This document shows positions 19,448-27,504 of a stretch of 64,000 bases of DNA, piece by piece (position 1 is the stretch's first letter; each line of letters starts with the position of its first letter). Origin of the DNA: Rickettsiales bacterium. Its GTDB lineage: Bacteria; Pseudomonadota; Alphaproteobacteria; Rickettsiales; Anaplasmataceae. The stretch is from NCBI GenBank assembly GCA_965262395.1, contig OZ253531.1:528838-592837 (forward strand), read 5' to 3'. The position numbers were made by a program, and so were the translations under genes. Below the pieces are notes generated by a model, which was given only the letters and a program-made list of their open reading frames with translations, made no database searches and had not been told where the DNA came from.

Positions 19448-19590
19448 TCCTGACTTATATTCCATGCGGAGACTATTCGCAGATACAACTGTAGATTGTC
19501 TAATATAGCCTACTATACAATCTGTTTAATGTATTATTTACTAATATTCAATATATAGATAAAGATCAGGATCTTGTAGAGAAATTACAT

Positions 19591-20478
19591 ATGTATGAAG
19601 CTGTTACCTCCATGCAGCCAGGTGATGCAATTATCGCTGTATGCCAAGATAATTATAAGAAAATAATATTTATTGAGGGATTTGATGAAAATATAGAAAG
19701 ATTGTTGCACTATAATGAAGATGACATGATAGGTCGCAACGTTAATATTATATTTGGCAGCAAGGTTACAGAGGCCATTGAGAGTTATTTAGAATATAAT
19801 GACTCTACTCATAGTCTTGATGTCGTACTTAATAAAATTAGAGATTTTAGTTTAATTAATCTTGATGGAGAGCATGTTGATGTACACGCTAAGACGCACA
19901 ATGTGGCTACTAGTGACCGAGGGTTGCATTTTGAAATAGTTATAAGGCCCATTACTATTGAAGAACGATTAGATGATTTCAAAGAACATGTGCCTGTGGC
20001 CAAATCTAATCAAGTTCATGAAGATCTTGGTATTTTAAATGAAGAGGCTGTAAGAAAAGAGTTAAAAGTCATGATAGATTTTTCTGATCATAATATGGCA
20101 GATATGGTTATTGGATTGATTTCTATTGAACATGTCAAGATTTTTTCTAATGTTAAGAAGCTTTTAATTCCAATCATAGAAGTACTAGAAAAAAAATTGG
20201 AAAAACGAGACATTATTGGGTATTATGGACATGGTGAGATATTATTTGCAATAATAGATTGTAATGCAAATAAGGCAATCAATGTCATTGATTTGCTTCA
20301 TCGTAGTATTAATAATAGGTTGGCTAATTTTAGCTCTTCTTTGGGTGAAAGGGTTTCTTCTTCAATAAGTTATATGAATTTTTCTGGCTTGAGTTTGGAA
20401 GAAACATTTGCAAAATTGGAAAACGGAACATCAGAGGCCAAATCTTTGGGTGGTAATCAGATATGCAATCGCAGTTAG
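19591..20478 (+). CDS. PAS-like sensor plus degenerate GGDEF domain protein (GGDEF replaced by GHGEI)
   Basis: N-terminal DMIGRNVNIIFG is PAS-like. The C-terminal layout HEDLGILNEEAVRKEL / VIGLISIEHVKIFSN / RDIIGYYGHGEILFAIIDC...AINVIDLLHRSI parallels D.LTGL.NRR / IDIDHFK.IND / D.vaRyGGDEFavll...A...aeri. Confidence 0.55.
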   Translation: MYEAVTSMQPGDAIIAVCQDNYKKIIFIEGFDENIERLLHYNEDDMIGRNVNIIFGSKVTEAIESYLEYNDSTHSLDVVLNKIRDFSLINLDGEHVDVHAKTHNVATSDRGLHFEIVIRPITIEERLDDFKEHVPVAKSNQVHEDLGILNEEAVRKELKVMIDFSDHNMADMVIGLISIEHVKIFSNVKKLLIPIIEVLEKKLEKRDIIGYYGHGEILFAIIDCNANKAINVIDLLHRSINNRLANFSSSLGERVSSSISYMNFSGLSLEETFAKLENGTSEAKSLGGNQICNRS

Positions 20479-20672
20479 TTTTGCATTGGAAAACGGAATA
20501 TCAGAGGCCAAGGCTTTGGGTGGTAATCAGATATGCAATCGCAGTTAGTTTTGCATTGGAAAACGGAATATCAGAGGCCAAGGCTTTGGGTGGTAATCAG
20601 ATATGCAATCGCAGTTAGCTTTGCATTGGAAAATGGAATATCAGAGGCCAAGGCTTTGGGTGGTAATCAGAG
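20410..20672 (+). repeat. about 3.8 x 70-bp tandem repeat of the gene's last ~23 codons plus stop
   Basis: ttggaaaacgg starts at 20416, 20486, 20556 and 20626. Each unit ends atatgcaatcgcagttag. Confidence 0.9.
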
Positions 20673-20688
20673 CTAGTTCTGCCTCATA

Positions 20689-21573
20689 TTAGTCAAAATA
20701 TCTATTAATTATACTTATACCTCTTTTTATTAGGGGTGGTGCCTGTTCGAACTTTGCGGAATCTGCTACTGCATGTTTAATAATACTTGTTGCCGATACT
20801 TCATTGCTATCAGGATGGCTGTCAGATATAATTTTGTTGTAGATAGACATAGCATCTTTGGCTAAATTTACATTCTTCTTAATGTTCATGAATTTTGGCA
20901 TTTTAACCACTCTTTGCAGTGAGTTTAATTCATATATGGCGTGATTCTGCAATATCAGTTTAATTATTTTATCATGTATGTCGCTAATTAAGGACTTTTC
21001 GATCAAGTTATACTTGTTCATAATGGATAATATTTCTTTTATTATTCCATTCATATCCTGTTTAACTACTAATGTAGTTATAGTAATGCAATGCTTGTTC
21101 AAGCTAATGCTATTCTTGCTAAATACAGAATCATTCTGTAATTCGCTAATAAATTTTTTCTTTTCGGTAGAATTGTCATTAGATAGCTCTAATGAAAGTG
21201 GCAATAATGAAATCTTGTGATCTGCAAACATTATTTCACATGTTGGTTGTCCATTATAATAGGTGAGTAAGGCATTCTCATGTTGAAGGATTGTGCATGC
21301 TTCTAGCAATATTTTGCAAATCAAGGTGCTAGATACATTGAGCAATTCTAATTGCCGGCAAATTGCCTTTATATCATAGTAAACTAATTCCTCATCTGTA
21401 TAGCATCTTATACTATCATTGGAATAGTCCAGGGAAATATCTTTGTTTGTGATAGCCTTGCTTATTTTATGCTCATGTACGGTTGTAAATAACCTTCTCC
21501 ACTCGCTTAAGTTGTAATCATTATCAATTATGAGTAATATTTCTTTTGAGTTTAATTTGAAATCTCGGATCAT
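20689..21573 (-). CDS. hypothetical protein (294 aa)
   Basis: Long ORF with a non-repetitive, helical-looking sequence. Divergent from the repressor gene at 21791. No motif recognised. Confidence 0.6.
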   Translation of the reverse strand: MIRDFKLNSKEILLIIDNDYNLSEWRRLFTTVHEHKISKAITNKDISLDYSNDSIRCYTDEELVYYDIKAICRQLELLNVSSTLICKILLEACTILQHENALLTYYNGQPTCEIMFADHKISLLPLSLELSNDNSTEKKKFISELQNDSVFSKNSISLNKHCITITTLVVKQDMNGIIKEILSIMNKYNLIEKSLISDIHDKIIKLILQNHAIYELNSLQRVVKMPKFMNIKKNVNLAKDAMSIYNKIISDSHPDSNEVSATSIIKHAVADSAKFEQAPPLIKRGISIINRYFD

Positions 21574-21790
21574 AGCGGTGTCCTAGTAAGTGCGCAGTAG
21601 GATAATGATATAGTAAAAAAGTTAATAAATAATATATGTTTTGGTAATTAATTATGAGCTTGCATAAATAAATATATTGTTAATGCATATTTAAGGTTGC
21701 ATGAAATTATCTTGTATGCTACTTAAAGTTGTGCTATTCCTAAGAACAAGGAATGCTCATGTATAATAATGGGAAGTATAGGAGTATTTT

Positions 21791-22426
21791 ATGATTAAAA
21801 CAGATAATAAAATCATGATTGAGCGTATTAAAAGCCTGATGGATACAAAGGGAATGAATGCAAGGAAGCTGGCAGAAAAGGCAACTGTTGGTAAGTCATT
21901 TGTGTACGATATCTTGAGTGGCAAGTCTACAAATCCTACGTCAGCAAGGTTATTAAAGATTTGTAATGCTTTGCATGTTCCAATTTCTTATTTAGTTAAA
22001 GACCAAGATCTTGGACCATATGATCATTTTGATTGTGATAATTATGTTCCAATATCTCAGTTGAATGAAAGTAATAACTGCGGCAATACTCCACCACAGT
22101 TATTTTTGCACGTTAACATGATGCATGCCTTCTTTAAGGATAATGAAAATTTATCTTTATATAAAGTTGCTTGTGATTCAATGGAGCCAACGCTTAATCA
22201 TGGCGACACAGTATTAATTGATACAGCTATAGTTACTCCGTATCCTTCTGGTGTGTTTGTTATAAAGGACTCAGTAGGGTGCTCTGTGAAGAGAATAGAA
22301 TACTTGGTGAATAATAAGGATAAAATACGTATTATTTCAGATAATAGTAAATACAAAGAGTATGAATGTTCCATAGATGAAATTCAAATCATTGGTAAAA
22401 TAGTATGGTTTTCAAGGAATTTTTAG
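21791..22426 (+). CDS. XRE-family HTH plus S24 (LexA/CI-like) peptidase repressor
   Basis: HTH: MNARKLAEKATVGKSFVYDILSGKSTNPTSARLLKICNALHVPISYLV. S24: CDSMEPTLNHGDTVLIDT (catalytic Ser) and SVKRIEY (Lys). Confidence 0.8.
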   Translation: MIKTDNKIMIERIKSLMDTKGMNARKLAEKATVGKSFVYDILSGKSTNPTSARLLKICNALHVPISYLVKDQDLGPYDHFDCDNYVPISQLNESNNCGNTPPQLFLHVNMMHAFFKDNENLSLYKVACDSMEPTLNHGDTVLIDTAIVTPYPSGVFVIKDSVGCSVKRIEYLVNNKDKIRIISDNSKYKEYECSIDEIQIIGKIVWFSRNF

Positions 22427-22593
22427 TGCTGTTTGCATGCAAACTTATCAAGTTTCTTAAGTTCAGTTTTTTGAGTTAAGTTTCTTAAGTTCAGTTTCTT
22501 GAGTTGTATTCTTGTATGTAGATATATATTGCATTTGCATTATATATCTGATAAATATGTCCAATAATTATATTGGATGATGGAGAGTTTGAT

Positions 22594-23016
22594 ATGGCTG
22601 AAGGATCTGGACGTAGAGTTGACGATAATGAGTATAATTATGACGTGCATCATCGATATGCCGATTATTATGAATATGGTGATAGTCCTTATTTCTATGA
22701 GCAGGGTGGTAATAGCTTCCATCAGCTTGAGGCTGACGATCCAATAGCTGCATTTTATCAAGCAGCAGAACAGCTATATAAGTGTAGGTTGTTTGTAGCT
22801 CAAGGACGGGGGTGGGATGCTCGCGGTTTTAAGGAAGGGTATTATAAGATATTCAACAAGTTAGTTGCAGGTAAGGTTGATGGAGTTAAATATAGACCTG
22901 AAGTCTTGCAAGAGCATATGGAAGAATTGGTGGAGCAAAAAATCAGAGGAGCAGAGGCGTCGCTGCCAGGCTTGAACGAACATGCTGGGATGTTTCGTCC
23001 GCTGAAAGATAAGTAA
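22594..23016 (+). CDS. paralog 1 of a tandem three-gene family of ~140-150-aa Tyr/Asp-rich proteins (ORF opens at 22573; ATG 22594 matches the paralog starts)
   Basis: Shares Y(D/E)YGDSxxFYExGGNxFHQLxxxDPIAAFY and ...EHxEELVEQKIR...RP(L/M)KD(K/R) with the two downstream genes. Confidence 0.75.
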   Translation: MAEGSGRRVDDNEYNYDVHHRYADYYEYGDSPYFYEQGGNSFHQLEADDPIAAFYQAAEQLYKCRLFVAQGRGWDARGFKEGYYKIFNKLVAGKVDGVKYRPEVLQEHMEELVEQKIRGAEASLPGLNEHAGMFRPLKDK

Positions 23017-23078
23017 ATTATACGCTTGCCTGGCGGCAATTAAGGTGAATCGTTAAATAATTAATATGGAGTTTTAAT

Positions 23079-23534
23079 ATGGCTGATGGTGGATATACAT
23101 ATGATCAATACGGCAATAAATATGATAAAGACGGCAATAAATATGATAGGGATGGATTTCGATCTATAGATCGTTGGTATAATGGATACTATGATTATGG
23201 TGATTCTCGTCGTTTTTATGAGGAGGGTGGAAATGACTTTCATCAGCTTGACCCTGATGACCCAATAGCTGCATTTTATAAGGCAGCAGAGCTGTTACAT
23301 GACTCTAGATTAGCTGGATGTCGAGGAAAGATGAAACAGAGCCAAGAGAAGACTGGTAAATATCACGATATATTTCAAAGATTAGTTGATGGTAAATTTG
23401 GTGGCACTACATATAGACATGAAGCTTTACATGAGCATATAGAGCAATTGGTAGAGCAGAAAATTAGAGAAGGAGAGAGTTCATTTTTTCCAACCAATTA
23501 TGAGGGTATGTATCGTCCGCTGAAAGATAAGTAA
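23079..23534 (+). CDS. paralog 2 of the tandem family
   Basis: MADGGYTYDQYGNKYDKDGNKYDRDG... with the same conserved core. A 62-bp upstream spacer is nearly identical to the one before paralog 3. Confidence 0.8.
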   Translation: MADGGYTYDQYGNKYDKDGNKYDRDGFRSIDRWYNGYYDYGDSRRFYEEGGNDFHQLDPDDPIAAFYKAAELLHDSRLAGCRGKMKQSQEKTGKYHDIFQRLVDGKFGGTTYRHEALHEHIEQLVEQKIREGESSFFPTNYEGMYRPLKDK

Positions 23535-23596
23535 ATTATATGCTTGTCTGGCGGCAATTAAGGTGAATCGTTGAATAATTAATATGGAGTTTTAAT

Positions 23597-24034
23597 ATGG
23601 CTGATGGTGGATATAGATATGATAAAGACGGTAATGCATATGATGAGAAAGGATCTCGATCTGTAGATAGTTGGTATGATGAATACTATGAACATGGTGA
23701 TTCTCGTCGTTTTTATGAAAAGGGTGGAAATGACTTTCATCAGCTTGAGCCTAATGATCCAATAGCTGCATTTTATAGTACAGCAAAACAGCTATATAAA
23801 TTTAGATTGTTTCTTGCTCAAGGACAGAAGTATAATGCTGGCGAGTGTAGGACGCTTTATGCTAGGATGTTCAATAAATTAGTTGCAGGTGAGGTCGATG
23901 GAGTTAAATATAGGCGTGAGGCTTTACAAGAGCATATGGAAGAATTGGTGGAGCAAAAAATTAGAGAAGAAGAGGCGTCGCTGCCAGGCTTGAACGAGCA
24001 TGCTGGGATGTATCGTCCTATGAAGGATAGGTAA
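23597..24034 (+). CDS. paralog 3 of the tandem family (mosaic: N-terminus like paralog 2, C-terminal half like paralog 1)
   Basis: MADGGYRYDKDGNAYDEKG... and a C-terminus KLVAGEVDGVKYRREALQEHMEELVEQKIREEEASLPGLNEHAGMYRPMKDR. Confidence 0.8.
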   Translation: MADGGYRYDKDGNAYDEKGSRSVDSWYDEYYEHGDSRRFYEKGGNDFHQLEPNDPIAAFYSTAKQLYKFRLFLAQGQKYNAGECRTLYARMFNKLVAGEVDGVKYRREALQEHMEELVEQKIREEEASLPGLNEHAGMYRPMKDR

Positions 24035-24197
24035 TTTTATTTTATTTAGTAATAATTGTGATATTATATAAGTAATTGCATTGACTGAATATTGTGACGT
24101 ATTCTTTTATTATGTTGAAGGATTGTTGTCATTGGTTAAGTTCTTTCTGTGATAATATCATTAATTTTAGTTGAATTTTTTTTATAGAGGTTAAATT

Positions 24198-25430
24198 ATG
24201 AATTCTACCAATGGTAATCAAGGCTTTCCTCCTCCCCCTCTTCCTTACACTGTGCCAAGTCTTTTTTCTCAGGATGATTTCACTCCTATCCCTGACAGTG
24301 AAAGGGTGTTTATGAGAGATGATGGTAGTTTTGTGCAAAGTAATTTTACCCAAGGTGGTGGTGGTATCGCTAATCCTGGTGTTGTCAACTCTGGTGTTTT
24401 CAATTCTGGTGTTATCTATCCTAACAATACTTATGAACCTCATAAGACAGTAGTGCTTACTCGCCCTTTGCCTGCTGCGGCACCTGTTAATAAGGCAGCT
24501 GGAACTTATTATTATGGTAAGAGTCCTTTTAGTCAGGGTGATTTTGCTCCTATTCCTGATACTGAGAAAGTGTTCATGCGAGATGACGGTAGTTTCATCG
24601 GGGATCCATTGGTGAGAATGGGTTCTAGTGATAGTTCAAGCAGTGATGGCTCAGGTTCGTATAGCATGGGTGGTAATCCTGCGTACATGGGCAGTGGTGC
24701 CTCGTATAGCATGGGTGGTAATCCTGCGCACATGAGCGGTGGCGGCTCAGATTCGTATAGCATGGGTGGTAATCCCGCACACATGAGCGGTGGCGGCTCG
24801 TATAATATGGGTGGTAATCCTGCGCACATGAGCGGTGGCGGCTCGTATAATGTGGGTGGTAATCCTGCGCACATGAGCGGTGGCGGTTCAGATTCGTATA
24901 GTATGGGTGGTAATCCCGCACACCTGAGTGGTGGCGGTTCAGATTCGTATAGTATGGGTGGTAATCCTGCGCACATGGGCAGTGGCGGCGGCTCATATGA
25001 TGTGGGTGGTAATCCCGCACACATGAGTGGCGGCGGCTCATATGATGTGGGTGGTAATCCTGCGCACATGGGCAGTGGCGGCGGCTCATATGATGTGGGT
25101 GGTAATCCCGCACACATGAGTGGCGGCGGCTCGTATGATGTGGGTGGTAATCCGGCACACATGAGCGGTGGCGGCTCGTATAATATGGGTGGTAATCCGG
25201 CGTACATGGGCAGTGGCGGTTCATATGATGTGGGTGGTAATCCTGCGTACATGGGCAGTGGCGGCTCATATGATGTGGGTGGTAATCCGGCACACATGAG
25301 CGGCGGCGGTTCAGGTTCGTATTATAGTGACAGTAGCATGAGTGGTAGTTCTGATAATGCAAGCAATGGTTCTTCAGGTTCTGATGGAAGTCCCCTAGGA
25401 GATCCTTACAATAGTGGTGGCTCTTATTAA
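24198..25430 (+). CDS. Gly/Ser-rich tandem-repeat protein (about 17 x GGNPA(H/Y)M(S)GGGS(DS)Y(D/N/S)(V/M)), candidate secreted effector
   Basis: 410 aa. The N-terminus holds two copies of FSQ(D/G)DF(T/A)PIPD(S/T)E(R/K)VFMRDDGSF. The central repeats are 45/48/51 bp. The tail is Ser/Gly/Asn-rich. Confidence 0.75.
   Translation: MNSTNGNQGFPPPPLPYTVPSLFSQDDFTPIPDSERVFMRDDGSFVQSNFTQGGGGIANPGVVNSGVFNSGVIYPNNTYEPHKTVVLTRPLPAAAPVNKAAGTYYYGKSPFSQGDFAPIPDTEKVFMRDDGSFIGDPLVRMGSSDSSSSDGSGSYSMGGNPAYMGSGASYSMGGNPAHMSGGGSDSYSMGGNPAHMSGGGSYNMGGNPAHMSGGGSYNVGGNPAHMSGGGSDSYSMGGNPAHLSGGGSDSYSMGGNPAHMGSGGGSYDVGGNPAHMSGGGSYDVGGNPAHMGSGGGSYDVGGNPAHMSGGGSYDVGGNPAHMSGGGSYNMGGNPAYMGSGGSYDVGGNPAYMGSGGSYDVGGNPAHMSGGGSGSYYSDSSMSGSSDNASNGSSGSDGSPLGDPYNSGGSY
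24655..25320. repeat. intragenic 45/48/51-bp tandem repeats
   Basis: ggtggtaatcc(t/c/g)gc(g/a)(c/t)acatg(a/g)gc... recurs about 17 times. It generates 254- and 277-aa antisense ORFs. Confidence 0.9.
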
Positions 25431-25461
25431 ATGTAATAAAATAGTCATAAGGAGTCATTGT

Positions 25462-25487
25462 ATGTACCTATTCAGACATAGGTACAT
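25462..25487 (+). terminator. hairpin, possible terminator of the repeat-protein gene
   Basis: atgtacctat / tcagac / ataggtacat is a perfect 10-bp stem. The T-run (tgttttttat) starts only 7 nt further on, so this is not a textbook terminator. Confidence 0.4.
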
Positions 25488-25856
25488 CTGAGAATGTTTT
25501 TTATACATGCGTGAGAGATGTGGTTTGAGTTTGTTAGAGAATTTCTATTAAATAAAGACCGCGATATCTAGTGGTGTTGTAGTGGTGTTTTATGCTTATT
25601 TACATATTAATGGCGTGTCTGTTCATATGTAATTATTGTCTTACTAATTGTTGCGCAATCAGTGTTTATTCAGAGTGGTTCATCTGAAACAATAGACTTG
25701 CCATCAAGACGAAGCTACCTTGTGAAGTATGTGATTTTGATTTGTGTTTTTCTTGGTTTGGTGTTATAGTGGGGGGCATTAGTTGTGCCTAGGATTTTAT
25801 TGAATTTGGCACTGCAAATGCTTATTTTTTCTTTGATTATTTATGAGGATGTTGTT

Positions 25857-26267
25857 ATGAATTCATACGGTTATGGCTCACATGCTAGGCCTTCTAGTCT
25901 TGATTTGCATAGAAGGGCAAATATTCGATCAGCTGCTCAGAATTTGGTTCAGTATCAAAATGCAGCTGCTACTAATCCGACACAGGCGCAGGCATATTAT
26001 GGTATGTACAGGGATACGCGTGGTGCACTTCGTTCTGGTTCTAACACTGGACACCAGAGAGGCCGTGTTGACCAAAGAATTTCTCACGTGGCAAATTCGA
26101 TTAATCGCAGTAATAATGCAACACGTCTTGCTAACAGCGTATATCCTAATCGACTAGGGGCGGCTCAACATAATGTTAGATATCCTGTTGGTACAGCTAA
26201 TGTATCCAGTGGTTATAATTTTGGTCCAAACAACCAAGTGATTTCAACAAGTACATATGGTCTGTAA
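25857..26267 (+). CDS. hypothetical low-complexity (N/Q/Y/G/R-rich) protein, paralog of 26392..26748 (ORF opens at GTG 25785; ATG 25857 follows aggatg)
   Basis: AAQNLVQYQNAAATNPTQAQAYYGMYRD aligns with AAQHLISYQNMANSNPTEAQKHYRVYNQ in the next gene. Confidence 0.6.
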   Translation: MNSYGYGSHARPSSLDLHRRANIRSAAQNLVQYQNAAATNPTQAQAYYGMYRDTRGALRSGSNTGHQRGRVDQRISHVANSINRSNNATRLANSVYPNRLGAAQHNVRYPVGTANVSSGYNFGPNNQVISTSTYGL

Positions 26268-26391
26268 TTGTCTTTCATTGTATAATTATTATATTCAGAG
26301 GTAATTTTTTTTGTGCTTCTGGATATAAGTTTATAGGCTATGGAGCCTATAAACTAGGTTTAGTTATTTTTAATTTTTTGGAGATTAAATT

Positions 26392-26748
26392 ATGCATACA
26401 TATTCTCAAGGATATTCTTATCCGGAACAGTCTATAGCAACGGCAGCACAGCATTTAATAAGTTATCAAAATATGGCTAATTCAAATCCTACTGAGGCTC
26501 AGAAGCATTATAGAGTATATAATCAAATTCGTCTGGATTTACATCACTCTGGAGTGCCAGACATAGATTATAATATTAATAAGTACGTTAATACTTATTC
26601 AAGTCAGACTCCTTATCCTAATGCAGGTGTGGTTCCGCAAGGTGGCTCTGGTTATGGTTTTCCAGATCCAAGCAGAGTTCAGCAAAATGGTGGTATGCCA
26701 ATCACTACTTATGACCCTAATGGAGAAGACGCTACAACTGCATTTTAG
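26392..26748 (+). CDS. hypothetical low-complexity protein, paralog of 25857..26267
   Basis: Shared 28-aa motif (see previous feature). The ATG is preceded by ttggagattaaatt. Confidence 0.6.
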   Translation: MHTYSQGYSYPEQSIATAAQHLISYQNMANSNPTEAQKHYRVYNQIRLDLHHSGVPDIDYNINKYVNTYSSQTPYPNAGVVPQGGSGYGFPDPSRVQQNGGMPITTYDPNGEDATTAF

Positions 26749-26867
26749 AGTATTGTCTGTGATGATGAATTCAAATATTTATTTGAGTTCAATAGGAGAA
26801 AGTTTAGATTCTATTTAGATTTTCTTCTATTATTTTTTTTATTTATTCGGATTTTTTTTGTGCCTAT

Positions 26868-26960
26868 GTTCCCTGTTCCCTGTTCCCTGTTCCCTGTTCC
26901 CTGTTCCCTGTTCCCTGTTCCCTGTTCCCTGTTCCCTGTTCCCTGTTCCCTGATTCCCTG
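26868..26960. repeat. heptanucleotide microsatellite (gttccct) x 12 plus one variant unit
   Basis: Read directly. Confidence 0.95.
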
Positions 26961-27004
26961 ATGAGATCTTTATATTTTTCATTTAAAAAGTTCATAAATT
27001 AAGT

Positions 27005-27210
27005 GTGTCGTTTACGAGGTGTATTTTGATGCGACGTTTGATGTGTTGGATAAATAATTTTATGCATTATTTTATATTTTTTTCTTGACAACATAGTGGG
27101 CTTATTTTACATAAATTGAGTAGTGTCGTTTACGAGGTGTATTTTGAGTGTTTGAGTGTTTGATGTGTTGGATAAATAATTTTATGCATTATTTTATATT
27201 TTTTTCTTGA
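27005..27210. repeat. 2 x ~118-bp direct repeat
   Basis: gtgtcgtttacgaggtgtattttga...tgatgtgttggataaataattttatgcattattttatatttttttcttga occurs at 27005 and 27123. The second copy has already acquired two gagtgttt units. Confidence 0.85.
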
Positions 27211-27429
27211 GTGTTAGTGGAGTGTTTGACAGTGTTTGAGTGAGTGTTTGAGTGTTTGAGTGTTTGAGTGTTTGAGTGTTTGAGTGTTTGAGTGTTTGAG
27301 TTTGAGTGTTTGAGTGTTTGAGTGTTTGAGTGTTTGAGTGTTTGAGTGTTTGAGTGTTTGAGTGTTTGAGTGTTTGAGTGTTTGAGTGTTTGAGTGTTTG
27401 AGTGTTTGAGTGTTTGAGTGTTTGAGTGT
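27209..27429. repeat. octanucleotide microsatellite (gagtgttt) x ~24 abutting the tRNA 5' end
   Basis: Read directly. One 6-nt truncated unit lies near 27300, and the last unit runs into tRNA position +1. Confidence 0.95.
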
Positions 27430-27504
27430 TCCTCGGTAGCTCAGTGGTAGAGCAGTTGACTGTTAATCAATTGGTCGTTGGTTCAAGTCCATCCCGGGGA
27501 GCCA
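27430..27504 (+). tRNA. tRNA-Asn (anticodon GUU), CCA encoded
   Basis: Hand-folded cloverleaf. Acceptor tcctcgg/ccgggga, D arm gctc-agtggta-gagc, anticodon stem gttga/tcaat with loop ctGTTaa, T arm gttgg-ttcaagt-ccatc (one U-U mismatch), discriminator g, then cca. Confidence 0.85.

Noticed and set aside
21791-22426. Prophage or mobile element inferred from the CI-like repressor
   Set aside because: No integrase, excisionase, terminase, capsid or tail genes, att-like repeats or transposase occur anywhere in the window. The repressor alone is insufficient.
22594-23700. RHS/YD-repeat toxin identity for the three paralogs (YTYDQYGN, YRYDKDGN strings)
   Set aside because: Only one or two 8-aa YD-like strings occur per protein. 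The proteins are about 145 aa with no RHS core or PxxxxDPxGL motif, so the resemblance is likely compositional.
24533-25458. Long minus-strand ORFs (254 aa and 277 aa) opposite the Gly/Ser-repeat gene
   Set aside because: They are by-products of the 45-51-bp repeats: stop-free periodic sequence is open in several frames. Their products are monotonous (CAGLPPTSYEPPP...). The + strand ORF has non-repeat N- and C-terminal domains and third-position variation.
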